Virus record (IMG/VR): IMGVR_UViG_3300028805_000094
Span: 16,181 to 80,180 of that record
Length of the DNA stretch: 64,000 bases
Strand: one strand, 5' to 3'
Origin: a virus
Lineage: Duplodnaviria; Caudoviricetes
Shown: positions 42,901 through 56,384 of the stretch, one piece after another
Layout: each line of letters begins with the position of its first letter
Position numbering within the stretch: position 1 is the first letter of the stretch
The notes under the pieces: model-generated
The model's database searches: none
What the model was told of the DNA's origin: nothing
The model's input: the letters and a program-made list of their open reading frames with translations, nothing else
Position numbers and translations under genes: made by a program

Positions 42901-45749
42901 AACGTTGGTATAACTGGCTACGCTAGATTGATAAGATTGAAAAAGATATTACTTATCAAGAGAAGCTACAAAAGAAGTATGAAACCGATAGAGTAGCAAA
43001 TGGTTAGAAAATCTTTGATACTTAGAAAGAGCGCTTAAAATTATTAGACCAAGAAATATTAAGGAATGAGCGTTTAGCTGATTTACAAAAGAGTTGGTAT
43101 GATAATAAGAGAAAAGAGCTAGAAGAATCTTCCTATGGTAAAATTTTCACTTATGATGAAAATGGTTTACAACAATATGTTGGTTCTGGTAAACCTGGCT
43201 CTGGGCTTGGTCTTGATATATTAGAGCATCTTACTAAGAGAGACGTGCGCGGCGAAGCCATTGGAGATGCCGCGACTTCCAAGGCGCAGTTAAAATATTT
43301 AGCAAGCGTTGGCTTTAACTTAAATGACTTAATTTACAACGACGATGGCACAAAAGTTGTAAAGAAAATTAACTAGAAAACATTAGGCTTAACTCGTATG
43401 CCTGATGATGAAGATACTGATGCTAGTGAGCTTTACACTAAGTTAATGGAAAACTTCTGGTCTAGGGTCGATGGCTGGCGCGATGAATTAGATAGCCTAT
43501 ATGACAGTTATCAGCAACAGTTAGCTAAAATTGAAGATAATCAGACTAAACAGAATTAGATTATAGAAGGATTTGTAAAGAATGAGTTAAGTGTTGAAAA
43601 AGAATTGCTGAAAGCTGTTGAAGCGCGCGAGCAGGCTGTTATTGACAAACTACAAGAGCAGAAGGATGCGCTAGAAAAAGCTAATGCGAACTATATCAAA
43701 GGCATATAGAAAGCGCTAGAAAAAGAGCGTCAGATTGAGCAGAAGAATGACGAGCAAGAAAATTTAACTAAGTTACAACGTCAACTTAGCATTCTACAAC
43801 GCTCAGGTGGCGGCGCCGCGCAGATAAAGCAACTTCAAGACCAAATTGCTCAGTCTTAGAAAGATATGTATTTTAATGACAGATAGGAAGAGATAAATGC
43901 TGTACAAGAAGCCTCTGATAAGTAGCTTGAAAAACTTGACCAGCAAATTCAGATTCTTACTGAAACATTAGAATATCAGAAAAAGAATGGGCTACTTTGG
44001 AATCAGGTGCGCGAGATTATGGAAGGTGGCGATGAATTCGCTACTGCTTTCTATGATAAATGGGTTACTTCTAAATCTGGTGAGTCTGCCTTAAATATGG
44101 AAGAAGATTTACGAAGCTTCAAAGAATTATTCCAAGAGTGGGTTGGTTTCAGAGAAAGTAAAGAAGAAGATAGACTTGCTAAGGAAGATATGGAGTCTAT
44201 TGCTAATTCTGAAAAATATGGAGAATCTAATGCTAATTATTTAGAAGGATTCGCAGATGATAAAGAACGAAGTGCCGCGCAAAAAGCTGCGGAAGACGCT
44301 GCTAATGCTGCGCGTGATAATTACTTAAAGAGCCATGAAGATGAGGATGAAGCAAGCCGTGAAGCTAATGCACGGGCGGCCGCGGAAAAAGCTTATCATG
44401 AATCTTTACAAAGTAGTTATATGAGTACTACTGGTAATAAAGAAGCGAATCAATAGTTCGCTGAAAATTATGGAAGCTGGTTAGAGAATAGGCGTATTTC
44501 CGATGCTAATGATTTTACTAATACCGAAACATTTAAATAGAATGAAAGTGTATTTAAAAATGCTATGCAGGCTTACTACTTGGAGCATAGAAATGATGAA
44601 GGAGTAAGTGAACAAGAGCTTTGGCAAAACGCTATTAATGCTGGCTAGTAGGCTCTTAAAGAAGATATTGAAGAGAATTATTAGGAAGCCTCGGAAAATA
44701 GCGCATAGGTTATTGGCGGAAAAGCCGTCAGCTATACTTATGATTCCGTAAAAGGAAAAATGAAAAAGAATAGCAAGATTACTTATGGTGAAGGAACATC
44801 ATTAAGCTTTGAAGAAGCAAAAGAAGTCCCCGAAGGAAAGAAACTTAAACATTATTTACGTGTTGCAGGCACTGGTAATTGGGTACTTGCTAATGGCATT
44901 TATACAGGTGAAAGAATTTATAGTCAGTTAGCTGGAAATCAGGCTTGGTAGAGTTGGAATGGAAATCTTGCTGGCGCGATAAATGGCATGAATGGTTATT
45001 ATGGAGCTAATGGATTAACTAATACTGTTGACATATCGGATTTAAAGAGTGGCAATTTAAAGTTCCCTGGAACTTAGATTCCATTAGAGAATGGCGGCTT
45101 TGCTACTCTTGGTAAGAATGGCAATACGGTTAGAATTTCTGATTTTAGCAGTATAACATTTGATAAAAAGAATCCTGACAAGAAGATTAGTAAGCTTGGA
45201 AAAAATATGACTATTACGGCTATTTAGACCCCTGACATGAGTAAGATGGAAAATCTTTAGAATCCAATAACTATAAAAACTAATGGTACTATAAAGAAAA
45301 AATTAAATGATTTATTAGCTGCTGACAGTGGTAGCTTAAAGAATCTATTACAATACTTGGGCAATTATGATATTAATGAAATCAGACGCTATGCGGCTGG
45401 TGGCATGAATTATTACACTGGTCCCGCGTGGTTGGATGGTTCTAAGACAAGGCCAGAAGCTGTACTTAATTCTTCCCAGACTTCTTTCTTACGTAATGAC
45501 TTATTAGGTAATTCTAAGGATTCATTAAAATCCATAGTTTATTCCTTACAAGATAGTATTCGTGGCGCGGCCATAGGCAGCAGTTCTACAACTAATAATG
45601 ATGGTATGGTAATTGAAAATATAGATGTTACCTTCTCTCCTGGCGTAATTAGTAATGATTACGATATGCGGCAAGCGAGTGAGGTATTCAAGAACGAAAT
45701 TGTTAAGATAGCTAGAAAATCTGGCAGTAGAAGTGTTTCAAGGAGGTAA
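30996..45749 (+). CDS. giant tape measure protein (~4,917 aa, TAG=Gln)
   Basis: Nine main-frame track fragments (32661, 36249, 37311, 37803, 40128, 41682, 44007, 44760, 45357) share one frame; all but the last end in TAG. Stretches I checked had no in-frame TAA/TGA, but I did not read every codon. TMP core at 32661-33400 (AAKSATDVSELA...QRYIATVMAGNRQQSRF). Confidence 0.8.
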
Positions 45750-45750
45750 A

Positions 45751-47463
45751 ATGATTATGGCAACTTTAACAGGCCAAGAAGAACTTAGTAACACTCCTAA
45801 AAGAACACAAACTTTTCAAGCAACGCATGATGGGGCAGGCAACAGCCTGCCCCTCTACCTGCGTTCTTTTTTAAGTTTTTCTTATGGAGGAAAAGCAATA
45901 GAGGAATTTTCATTAATAGTTACTTATGATGAAAGAATTGAAAAAGGAATTTATTCAGAATTTGAAGATGCGACTAGTGATTATACGACTGTTGACGGGC
46001 AGTATTATTGGGGCACTAGGATGGAACCGTTAGAATTAGAATTTACATTATCTACTGATTATATGGATTAGAAGACGATGGAAGATTTTAAAGCTTGGTT
46101 CAGACCTGGTGTCGAACGCGCGCTGATTTTATCAGAGCATCCTAATAGGTATATAATGGCTCGTGTTTCAGAACCGCCAGAAATGGATATGACTCCTTTT
46201 GGAGAAGAAGTTGATGTAGAGATAAATGGGAAAACTTATAAGACAATGACTACTATATATAGGGGAGACATAACATTAAATTTTGTTATGGATTATCCAT
46301 ATTGGACTGGAATATTAAATTATATGCCGTATTTAATTACTGGAAATAATGAAACAAATAATGAATAGGCTTCTACTTTATTAGAATAGTTAAAATCTGC
46401 TGAAAGTATAAATACTTTGTCTAGTAAAGACGCATTAAAAATATGCTTAGAAGATAATATCCCTCATGGTTTAGGATTGTATAGTAAAGATAGTGCTTTT
46501 ATATTAGGTAATAAAGATTTATATACAGGTAAAATAACGTTATCACGGGTACCAGGAGTAGTAAAAGCCGGCGTATCAGAAGAGACCGCAAAAGATACCG
46601 ACTATATACGAACTGATGCGAATGCGCCGGAAAGTGCGTGGCCCTATGTCAATAGTTCTTATATACAATATATTCCAACTGATGGTACTGCGATAACAGA
46701 TATTTCTTCAACGCCAAGTGCAGGCGACAACAATCCTACTGCTCCATTTGTAGTTAATTATAACGTTAATTCAATTCCAATGGACTTATCACAAGGCGAG
46801 ACGAAATATTTATTTTATAGCGGCACCGCGCCCTCAAAGCCCTTTATATCTTTTAAATTACAATTTACTTTTGATGATAATGGGTACATAAATCATCCAG
46901 TAAATTCAGTGGCTTCCAGCCCAGAGACAGAGCGCTCCTATATAAAAGTGGGGAAAAATAAATTTGAATTTACTACGCCTGGATTATTAACAGCATATAA
47001 TAAGGTCATACAAATTGTAGACGAAATAAAAGAAGAAGCTTCCATTTTTGATTTAAAGAAAGAATTTCGTGAGAAGATTCGGGATAAATATGTGCGCGCA
47101 TGGGCTATTTATTCGCTTTCTAAAATTGATGCCGCTTCTGCGGATAACGCTAGTGAAAAAAAGACAAAAATAAAAAATAAAATAAAAGAATTATTTACCA
47201 AATATTCCGCTGAATTTGAATTTGATTCTAAAACTGGTACTGCAATTGGTATATTTGATATAAATACATTTAATGAAGAAAAGAATCCTATACCAGAAAA
47301 GATTACGGAAAATGTAGGAGATATGGTTCTTTCTAACTACTTAATAATAAATGAAAGAAATATTCTTGAAAACGGTATTATAACAACAGAGAAATGTACA
47401 CCAATAACCACTAATGAAAGTCTTTCTGATTTTAGTATTGTTTATGATAATATGTATTATTAA
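45751..47463 (+). CDS. distal tail protein (Dit-like, TAG=Gln)
   Basis: Follows the TMP; track ORFs 45733, 46078 and 46417 join in frame; FLSFSYGG...GQYYWGT...LILSEHPNRYIMA. Confidence 0.75.
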
Positions 47464-47484
47464 GGAGTTAAAGGAGGAAAAAAT

Positions 47485-50400
47485 ATGCTGACTAATAAGA
47501 ATCCAAGATAGTATGAAGTTTAGCTTTGGACTCTTCAAGACGACTTTATAGCCGTCTTGAAGAGTTTTAATGTTGATAATTTTGGTACTATTCAAGACCC
47601 TGAGATGTCCTTGTCTGATGATAGTGAAGATAGTTTTTCTTTTAATCTTCCAATGTATATTAGACAAAAAGGGAAGTATGTAGAAAATCCAGTATGGTAT
47701 AATGTTACAGAAGGAAACTTAATAGAAAATTTAAGAAAAGTTAAAGTCATTTTTTATAGAGGAATGCCTGATTAGCGAATATTTGAATTTGTTATTACAA
47801 AAGTAACAGAGAAGCATGATGGATTTGAGAAAACTTGTGAAGTAGAATGTGAAGGTTTAGCTTTTAATGAGCTAGGCAAAACGGGATATAATATAAGTTT
47901 ATCTTAGGAACTATATGATTAGGAATTGGAAGATGGCGTAAAATGCACCGAAACGCTTAATCCAGAAAATGGCATTCTACATTTAGCTACTCGCACAGAT
48001 TTTATATATGATGCTACCGTAACATAGAAAGGTGGTACTAGAAAATATGAAGTAAAGGCTGCTGACATTAGTTATGATGAAGATAAATATGCTGTATCAG
48101 TAAATTTAAATTAGGTCTTTTCTAGGGCAGCTAGTGAGAATGCTGCATAGCAGAATAATAATGAATTATAGGAAGAAACTACTTAGGAAGATAACACTTC
48201 GGAAAATTCAACTAATGAAGGCAGTACTACCGAGAATAATACCGAAGGAAGCGATACTTCTGAATCAACAAACCCAGAAGAGCCAATAATCACAGCCCCA
48301 GATGACACAGTAGAATATGTGATTACGTATACTTATTCTCCAATTAATAATATAAATTATTGGCTCGATAAAGTGCTGCCGCCGCGCCTTAATTGGGATT
48401 ACAGAATCAATATGAATTGGTCAGATTATCCAGATGAAGCGCGCGACCGCGATAAAGTTTATGAAGATGAATATATTGAAAATTGGGAATGGAAAGATAA
48501 TGATGAAGATTATAAACTTTATCCAACTAATGTAGTTACCAGTAAAGAAAAATTTAGAATCATTACACAAGAAAAAAGTAACCGATATAATATAACTTAG
48601 AGTATCGCAGAGACTTTCGGTGTATATTGTCGTTATATTTATACTTATGATGATAATTTACATATCATAGGGCGCACAGTTGAATTCTACAATAATACAC
48701 TTCGTGAAGATGAAGAAATTGTAGACTTTACATATTATTATGATACAGAAGATATATCTCGTAGTATGGATAGTGCGGATTAGGTAACAAAAATGTATGT
48801 TAATTCTACAAATGACAATACACAATATTCTAATTCAATAATAACAACAGAAGCTAATAAAACGCTAGAAGATTATATAATGAATTTTGATTATATGCAT
48901 GAAACTGGTGCGATTACTGACGAATAGAAAGAATACATAGAAGAATTTGAATCAGAAATCAGAAAAATAAATTTAGAGCTTGCAGAATTAAGTGAAAAAA
49001 TTACAATTTGTGAGAATACTCTAAATACTTTTAAGGCTAAGAAAGAATCTGCTGAGGATGGTATGCACGCGGCGGATGAAGCTTTGGATACAGAGGCTTC
49101 TTATATACGGCATCTTTTAAAATCTGACAAAATTGATTATGACAAAAATCCGGAAACTCTTAGTGCGACAGGGTTAGACCCCGAATGTGTAGTTTGTTAT
49201 ACAGAAGATGAAAAGAAATATTGTGATATAAACCGAGAAGGAGTTATTCCTAATACGATAAAGGTTTTTACAACATTATAGGGTGCCAATAATTATCATA
49301 GAGCCTTGTATAATGAGGATATTGTTAAGATAGAGCCAGCAACAAGTAATGGCATTACAACTTATAGAGCTATTATAAAAAATGGAAACGAAAAAATACT
49401 ATACAATGGCGTTCCAATAGATGGAATAATTGTTTCAGGAGTCACAAAACAGGTTGATTTTGAAACAGAGGCGCAGGCGCGCGAAGCCGCAGCCGCATAT
49501 ATTAGTCATAAATAGAATTCATACAATGCTTATCTATTAGACAGTAAATATTATTAGGTTATTATAGATGAAGAAACTGGTTTTGCTACTGGCTTACAAA
49601 TCAATGTAGATTCAGTAGAATATGATAATAGTACTGGGACAGAGACAGGGAATATTGTTACTCAAAATACTGATACTTTATTCTTAGTATATGATTATAG
49701 TCCAGAATCTTATCATAGAAAATTATTTGAATATTTTAAGAATGTAAAAGCAAATAATGAAAAAACTTTCAATGATTATACGAAAGCAGTAGAGAGAATT
49801 GATGGAAAACGTGATGAAAATGATGATTGGGTTTCTGATGACCATGGTATGCTTGGACGATACGAAGATGAATATGCTGCTAAGTTAAAGGAAAAAGAAA
49901 ATTTAATTATTGATTTTGAGAACTATCTCGGTCCAGCGGTTCGTGAAGGCAATTGGCAGCCAGAAGATGATTATGCTAAATATGGAGATAATAGACAAGT
50001 TACATTAGAACTAAAAGGGAATAGTACTTTTGATGGAGAAAATACAGCAATAGGCTGGGACGAAGTACGATTTGAAGGTGAAGAAAAGAATTATTATCGT
50101 TCTGGAATAGATTAGGACGGTAGAATATATTATCCTTGTATAAAATTAACTTCAAGCTTGCGTCAAAAAATAGCTGAGAAAATTTAGAATAGCATTGAAA
50201 AAGATGAAGATGGTGTTGAAACATAGACGATTTCAATAAATGATATTGGCTTTGTGTGGGACGACACCGCTGTTCCTGGAATAAATAATCTAATTCCTGA
50301 AAATAAAATGACTGCTAGTGAAATCGCTAAAATAAGAGAAGCTTGGGAAAAATAGCGAGATATAGTAGAAAAGGTGCCAAATAATACGGGTGAAAAAAAT

Positions 50401-52290
50401 AAGTTAGATGAATTATGGGCAGAATATGTAAGGGCAACGCGTGGATTAGTTGAACCAGAATATCCACAAATTTATCGTATAGGGTCATAGGCAGAAATCG
50501 CTTTTTTAATGAAGAAGGGAAGCGATAGTGAAGTAGGAACTGATACGAATGTTGTTCCAGTTCTTATGCTGACGGATGCGGACAGTTATTGTAGTAGCTA
50601 TAAAGAACTATACGAAAAAGATATGACTCAGACAGATATTCTAAAAGCTTTAAATGGCAAAATAGGTATTTTAACTACGGAAGAAGTGCCACTGATATTA
50701 AATGAAGAAACTGGTGAAGTTGAAACCGGAAGTGGTACCGCGACAGAGGACTAGGAAACTGGTGTATCTTATATTATTGATGTAGTATCTGAGGATGAAT
50801 TATAGTGGATAGAAGACAGCGATTTAGGAAACTATGTTCGTGTTTATCCTCGTATTCAAATTCCATATTCTAATTTCTTGGAGACTGATAATTATAATAA
50901 AATTATCATAAAAGACGATACACCACTTGCTTTACAGGCGGATTATACTATCGCCGCGCGATATGATATTGGTAAGGGTGCAGAGATAACTGATTTAAGT
51001 TATTGGCTATCTGATAATGAATTAAGTGATATATCTTATAGATACTATATTACTATTAAACCAGAAGTAATAATTAGGAATAATTTTTCTTATGGTGAGT
51101 ATAATTTTTTCTATAAGTTATCTAATACAGCATTAGCAATATACATAGATGCTCTTGAAGTATTAAAAGAAAATTCAATTCCAAAAGTTGAGTATGAAAT
51201 TACTCCTATGATATTAAAAACTTCATTCATGAAGAATGCTTATGATAGAATTCATACTATTGTACATATCAATGACCCTGAATTAAAGTTTGAAAACGTG
51301 CAAGGTTATATATCTGCTATGACCTTAAAATTAGATGAACCGTAGGAAGATGATTTCACAGTAAAAAATTATACGGCTAAATTTGAAGACTTGTTTTCTT
51401 CTATTGTTGCTTCGACAGAAGCCATTTAGAAGAATAGTGCAGTTATTTCAAGTGTTTCCCAGTCATTCTCAACGCGCGGCACGCTTACCGAATCTGCGCT
51501 ACAAGAATCTATAAATCAAGCAAATCTTGTTTTTAAAATGAGTAACGATGATTTTATTATAGATGATACTGGAATTAAAGCGTATAGTGAGAGCGGCGGT
51601 ATTGTAAAATATACTAAGAATGGTATATTTACTGCCGAAGAAAAAGATGATAATGGTAACTGGAAGTGGAATACCAGTATATAGCCCAGTGGCATTAGCG
51701 CTAATGCGATAACTACTGGACAATTAAATACTAATTTAATACGGATTTATAGCGGCAATGATTTGCGCTTTTAGATGAATGGAGATGGGCTATTTGCTTA
51801 TAAGAGCTGGCTAACTGAACCTAATGTACCAGAAGTAGACCCAGAGGCATCATCAGATGATATTAGTAATGAAATGGCAAAGCAGGCATCAGAAGATATA
51901 ACATCAAGAGGTGGAATAGACTCCGCGCAATATGTTGTTATGAATGCTGATGGATTATTTTTAACAGCTAAAAAGGGCGCTTTTATTATTGATGACGATG
52001 ATGTGAATAAAACCCCAGTGCGTATTAACGAGGATGTAAATAGGGTTGAAGTTAGTTGGAGAGGACTTGTTTTAAGGAATAATGCTGGTGAAGAAACCTT
52101 ATATGCTGACCCCGATACTGGTAACTTGAATATTTCTGGTAATATTAAAATTAACAATAAAGAAAAAAATATTAGTGCAGAGCTAACAGAAAATAGGTTA
52201 CGTTTTGGGCCATTTGAACTCTCTTAGTTTACAGTTAATAATAGCGAGACCCTTAGCTTTGTATATTACGCAGAAGGAAGTGAGGAATAA
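47485..52290 (+). CDS. tail hub/spike (Tal-like) large minor tail protein (~1,601 aa, TAG=Gln)
   Basis: Follows Dit; eight track fragments lie in one frame; ends at the TAA at 52288; C-terminal WNT...GISANAITTGQL motif. Confidence 0.72.
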
Positions 52291-53585
52291 TGGCAGTAAC
52301 TTTTACTATAAATAAGATTTATACAGAAGATAACGTAATTTATTATGATAATAATGAAGTTAAATAGGTAATTTTGAAACCTGATACAAAGCTACTTATT
52401 AATTATACTTTTGCGAAAGAATCTACTACCGATAATGTAACGGGTGTTATTCGTATTATTTCTGATGATACTGATGAAGATGGAGAATTAGATTTTTATG
52501 ATTATCCAATAGAGCAAGACTCGTCTTCACTTGAAATAACTATGCCAAAATTAAAATCTCTTAATAATGAATTGTCTTTTGAAGCATGGATTTTTCCAGA
52601 TAATAGCGATGAATCTTAGGCTGATATTACACCAGTACAGACGATCGAATATGATAGTTACGAGCCTCCAATTATATTAGAAATAAAAAAAAGAAAGTTT
52701 GTAAGAACCAATAGTGATTATGAGGAAGACCCTAATGGCAGATATATAAAAGTAGAAGCTCTTTCAGTAAAATAGGTTTCAGGAATAATAGATAAAGATA
52801 AAGGCGGCTTTATTAAATATGATGATTTTCCATAGTCATCGTTTACAAAAAAAATTACGAATGCAATTTTAGGTAACGGATATTCAGATGGGGAAGAATT
52901 AAAACTCCTAGATTCTCTTAATAGCGAGGGTGCTTTTAGCGATAATAAAAAAGATTATTAGATAAAAATTTCTTTTAATTATAAAGTTTTAGGAGAATAT
53001 GGAACAGAATGGTCTTATAATAATATTCTCAATAGTATATCTATACCGATTATGAATAGTATCGTTCCATTATAGCTAATAGGTAGAACTGCGCTTGATA
53101 ATGGTAGTCATATTTATGGTGGCATTGCCATAGGCGGCGCGCCGAAGATGATAAAGGAAATAGGCGAGCCTACTTTTGAATGTAGTTACAGAGCTTATTT
53201 TAATGATATAAGTTATGGATATTATCCAGGAGATACAATTAATATTGATAGCCCTTGGTATTCTATGCAAGGTTATCTTACTTCTAGTAATAAACATCTA
53301 TTTATTACAATTCCAATAGGATAGCCAATTTTTGCTGATTCTTTTACAATTAGTGGACATATAACGGTTAGAACGAATGGCAATTATCTTAGTAATATGA
53401 ATTTTGAAAAACCATTTGATTTAAATTCACCACCAGATAATACTTATACAATATAGACAAAAATTCTTGAAAAACGAGCTGGCATTTTAGGCATTTTTAT
53501 AGAACGCACAAAAAGCTTAGGTGGAACAAATAATCACCCTGCCGTGATAAATGCACAGCCAGATATAACAATTACTTTTGAATAA
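52290..53585 (+). CDS. putative receptor-binding/tail-tip protein (431 aa, TAG=Gln)
   Basis: Manually translated continuously; last gene of the virion operon; beta-rich C-terminal domain. Confidence 0.6.
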
Positions 53586-53594
53586 AAAAAATAA

Positions 53595-53618
53595 AGCCCT
53601 TCTCTTACGAGAAGGGCT
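53595..53618. terminator. bidirectional intrinsic terminator between convergent operons
   Basis: AGCCCTTCTC-TTAC-GAGAAGGGCT flanked by A and T tracts. Confidence 0.9.
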
Positions 53619-53627
53619 CTTTTTTTA

Positions 53628-54008
53628 TTATTCTTCTAAGAAGTTGCCTAAATCAATAATCTGTTTTGGACTTAACGATACATCAGCTAAATCATCTAAT
53701 GTTAGCTTATCAGCATTTATTTCAACAGATGTTTTAAGTAGACTATCAATTTCTTTCTGAAAATCTTCTGCGCGGTCTGGGCTAATCATAACCTGATTAT
53801 CTTCTTGCATCATAGCTCCATTATCATCACGCATAGCATACTTTTCAAGAATTTTATCTCTTGACTCATTAAAAGTTGTATTTTCTTTTTCAAGTTCTCT
53901 AATTAGTCTAGCGATTTTAAAAGCTGTTCGTGCGGGCATAGGTGATTGATAAACCTGCCTAAAAATATCATTATTATTTAATATATCATTCAAAGTAGTG
54001 TTAATCAT
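53628..54008 (-). CDS. conserved phage helical protein (DUF1617-like)
   Basis: AFKIARLIREL...ILEKYA..D..G pattern; ATG at 54008 behind a GGAG RBS. Confidence 0.55.
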   Translation of the reverse strand: MINTTLNDILNNNDIFRQVYQSPMPARTAFKIARLIRELEKENTTFNESRDKILEKYAMRDDNGAMMQEDNQVMISPDRAEDFQKEIDSLLKTSVEINADKLTLDDLADVSLSPKQIIDLGNFLEE

Positions 54009-54748
54009 ATATCTTCTCCCCAATGTATTTTACTTTTTTTAAAGATATGGCAAGCATATTTGCCTATGCATATAGCATCGGCTTCATCCTAAGTACACTA
54101 TTGCTAATACCACTAATATACTTTTTCCTATGCTTGTTTTTTCTTATTTTCACGCGCGGCCGCGCCTTCGCTGATGCCGCAGTATTTTCTCCACTAACTG
54201 GCATAAAACAATTCATATGGAATTTGTTTTTCAAATAGAGTATCTAGTAATACACCTTGTAAATTTGCTAAGGTTCGATATGTTTCTACCTAGTATATAC
54301 CATTTTTACCAAGTGATTGCAACTAGATATTCTCTATTCCTACATTATCTGGCTACCATTCATTTAAAACAGTTAATAACCACTATTTTACACTATTGAT
54401 TCTAGCATCTGCGGGCAAATCTTTATCTGCTTTAAAAGTTCCGTAATAGATTAAAGTATCGTCATCAAATAAAGCATACCCCGTAATGCCTGTTGCCGCG
54501 TCTAATGCCAATATTCTATTGGTTTCTATTTTCTTTTTAGGAACTTTATTTTTTATTTTATATGGGTCGCCAGCCATGCACTAATCACATATCATATATT
54601 TACGCCAGTGAGCATACGTCTATAATTGTTTATGTCCTTCTGGACACTACATTTCTAATTCTGTATTTAAGTTTTTATATTCCGTACTAATCAATTTCCA
54701 ACCGTTTTCTTGAAGATGATTAGTAACAGAATGTATATTTATTGGCAT
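54005..54748 (-). CDS. ruvC: RuvC-like Holliday junction resolvase with N-terminal zinc ribbon (13 TAG=Gln)
   Basis: ILALDAATGITGYA, VGIENIQ, ASQWRK and TQDEADAICIG motifs after TAG read-through; N-terminal CPEGH...CDQC. Confidence 0.82.
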
Positions 54749-55557
54749 TATACCCCAGAACTGCCGAAGCCACCTTCCCCTCTGTCAGTTGGTATAAGCT
54801 CTTTTACGATTTCAGGTTTAAAATGATAAGATGGGGAAATTAGCATTTGAGCAATTCTGTCTCCTGCGTGGATAGTATAATCAGAATCAGAAATATTATC
54901 ATATATTACGCCAAGCTGTCCAAGGTAATGCTCGTCAATGATACCTACTGAATTGCTTAAACGCAGTCCGGTTTTCATACCGATACTAGACCGAGGCACA
55001 ATTATTGCCATCCAGTGCGGAGGTAGTTGAATATGAACACCTGTTTTTACCATATTACTTAGAGAATGAGCAGGAAGTACAACATCTTCCATAGCATACA
55101 AATCCGCAGCAGCATCAGTCTCATATGCATAAGTTGGCACATGCGCGCCTTCTTCAAGAGTCATATTTAGAACAATATCATACTTACTAAAGTCTGCGAT
55201 AGCTTTATCAAAAACTTCGTAAAAAATATTAAAGATTTGTCTAACAATCGTCATTTTACTTTCAGACAATTGTAACTGATTGAGATAAGCGTCTACCGCA
55301 AGTTTGGACATAATCATTGAATCTTCTGCTTGCTGACGGTTATATCCATTCTGATAAAAAGCTTGAACAAGTGCGTCGCAACTAGTTTTCTTTACATCTT
55401 CTGTTAAATAAGAAGCAACAACTTTATTTAGTTGCTCTATCGCTTCTTGAGTCAACGATTCTTCTGGAATACTTTCAATATTATTTACTAATTCGTTAAG
55501 CGTTTGAAAAGCTTCATTATTATCAAAAATTTCACCAAGAATATTTAAATCTGCCAT
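54748..55557 (-). CDS. dut: trimeric dUTPase with ~120-aa N-terminal helical extension
   Basis: AAADLY, PRSS, GIIDEHYLG, RIAQM and RGEGGFGSSG motifs. Confidence 0.9.
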   Translation of the reverse strand: MADLNILGEIFDNNEAFQTLNELVNNIESIPEESLTQEAIEQLNKVVASYLTEDVKKTSCDALVQAFYQNGYNRQQAEDSMIMSKLAVDAYLNQLQLSESKMTIVRQIFNIFYEVFDKAIADFSKYDIVLNMTLEEGAHVPTYAYETDAAADLYAMEDVVLPAHSLSNMVKTGVHIQLPPHWMAIIVPRSSIGMKTGLRLSNSVGIIDEHYLGQLGVIYDNISDSDYTIHAGDRIAQMLISPSYHFKPEIVKELIPTDRGEGGFGSSGV

Positions 55558-55572
55558 ATTGCACCTCCAAAA

Positions 55573-55779
55573 TTAATCGTAATATGTTTTTTCAACACTA
55601 ACTACGGCCCAAGAATCAACAATTTCACCTTTTGACTTCTTAGTTTTTAAAACATATCCAGATTTTGTAAGACTGTAACCGCCATTTGCTTGGTTATCTT
55701 TATATTCGTTAATCATCTTCACGGCTTCTTCTTCATTATCTACTCTATATACATCAGTTGTCTTCAATAGAATTCTCAT
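55573..55779 (-). CDS. conserved small phage protein
   Basis: 68-aa ORF with RBS inside the operon. Confidence 0.7.
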   Translation of the reverse strand: MRILLKTTDVYRVDNEEEAVKMINEYKDNQANGGYSLTKSGYVLKTKKSKGEIVDSWAVVSVEKTYYD

Positions 55780-56080
55780 TTACTTCGTCTCCTTTTTTCT
55801 CATTTAGTTCTCTTAATTTTTGTATTAAATCTATATATCCTAATTTTGTAGATGTATCTGTAATAGCCTTTATATTATTTTTTCCAACTTTTTTCTGTAA
55901 TTTTCTTCTAGCCGCACGATTTAAGACAATATTATTTTTTTGTCGTATATCATTTGCAATATAAGATGAAATTTTATTTAGAATTTCTTCATCGGTTTCT
56001 GCATCTACTTTCTGCGCGGCTTCTTCATAAGTTATATTATATAACTAAGCAAAACGCGCGATTGTTTCTTTTTTGTTCAT
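55754..56080 (-). CDS. hypothetical protein with NRAARR motif (one TAG=Gln)
   Basis: Manual translation of 108 aa fills the gap between neighbours with overlapping start and stop. Confidence 0.6.
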
Positions 56081-56382
56081 AAATAATACTCCAAAATTTC
56101 ACTTATAGTATCAAATTCTTTTTCATTATTTAACTTAAACAAGTTGAATAATGAATTATTTTTTTCATTAGCTAACATATCTATATTGATTGAACAAGAA
56201 CATGTTTTTTTTAATGAAGATAGATAAAAGTTATCTGTGTATAAAGTATCATTTTGAACCTTTATATCGGGAAGCTTAGTTTTACTAACAAAAATGTAAT
56301 ATTCTTCTTTTATTTTGCATAATGCTATGAAAGAATTATTAGTACCTTTATATTTTATAATTTTTAATCCATCAAAATCCAT
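56077..56382 (-). CDS. hypothetical protein
   Basis: 101-aa ORF in the operon. Confidence 0.55.
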   Translation of the reverse strand: MDFDGLKIIKYKGTNNSFIALCKIKEEYYIFVSKTKLPDIKVQNDTLYTDNFYLSSLKKTCSCSINIDMLANEKNNSLFNLFKLNNEKEFDTISEILEYYL

Positions 56383-56384
56383 TA

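Noticed and set aside
51340-51348. TAG decoded as Trp (DEP-TAG-ED context, where I recall Trp in similar proteins)
   Set aside because: A single unverified site; many other motif positions favour Gln. A Codetta-type analysis would settle it.
16698-53585. Mass pseudogenisation or sequencing error in structural genes
   Set aside because: Breaks are all in-frame TAG with no frameshifts, and motifs continue across them.
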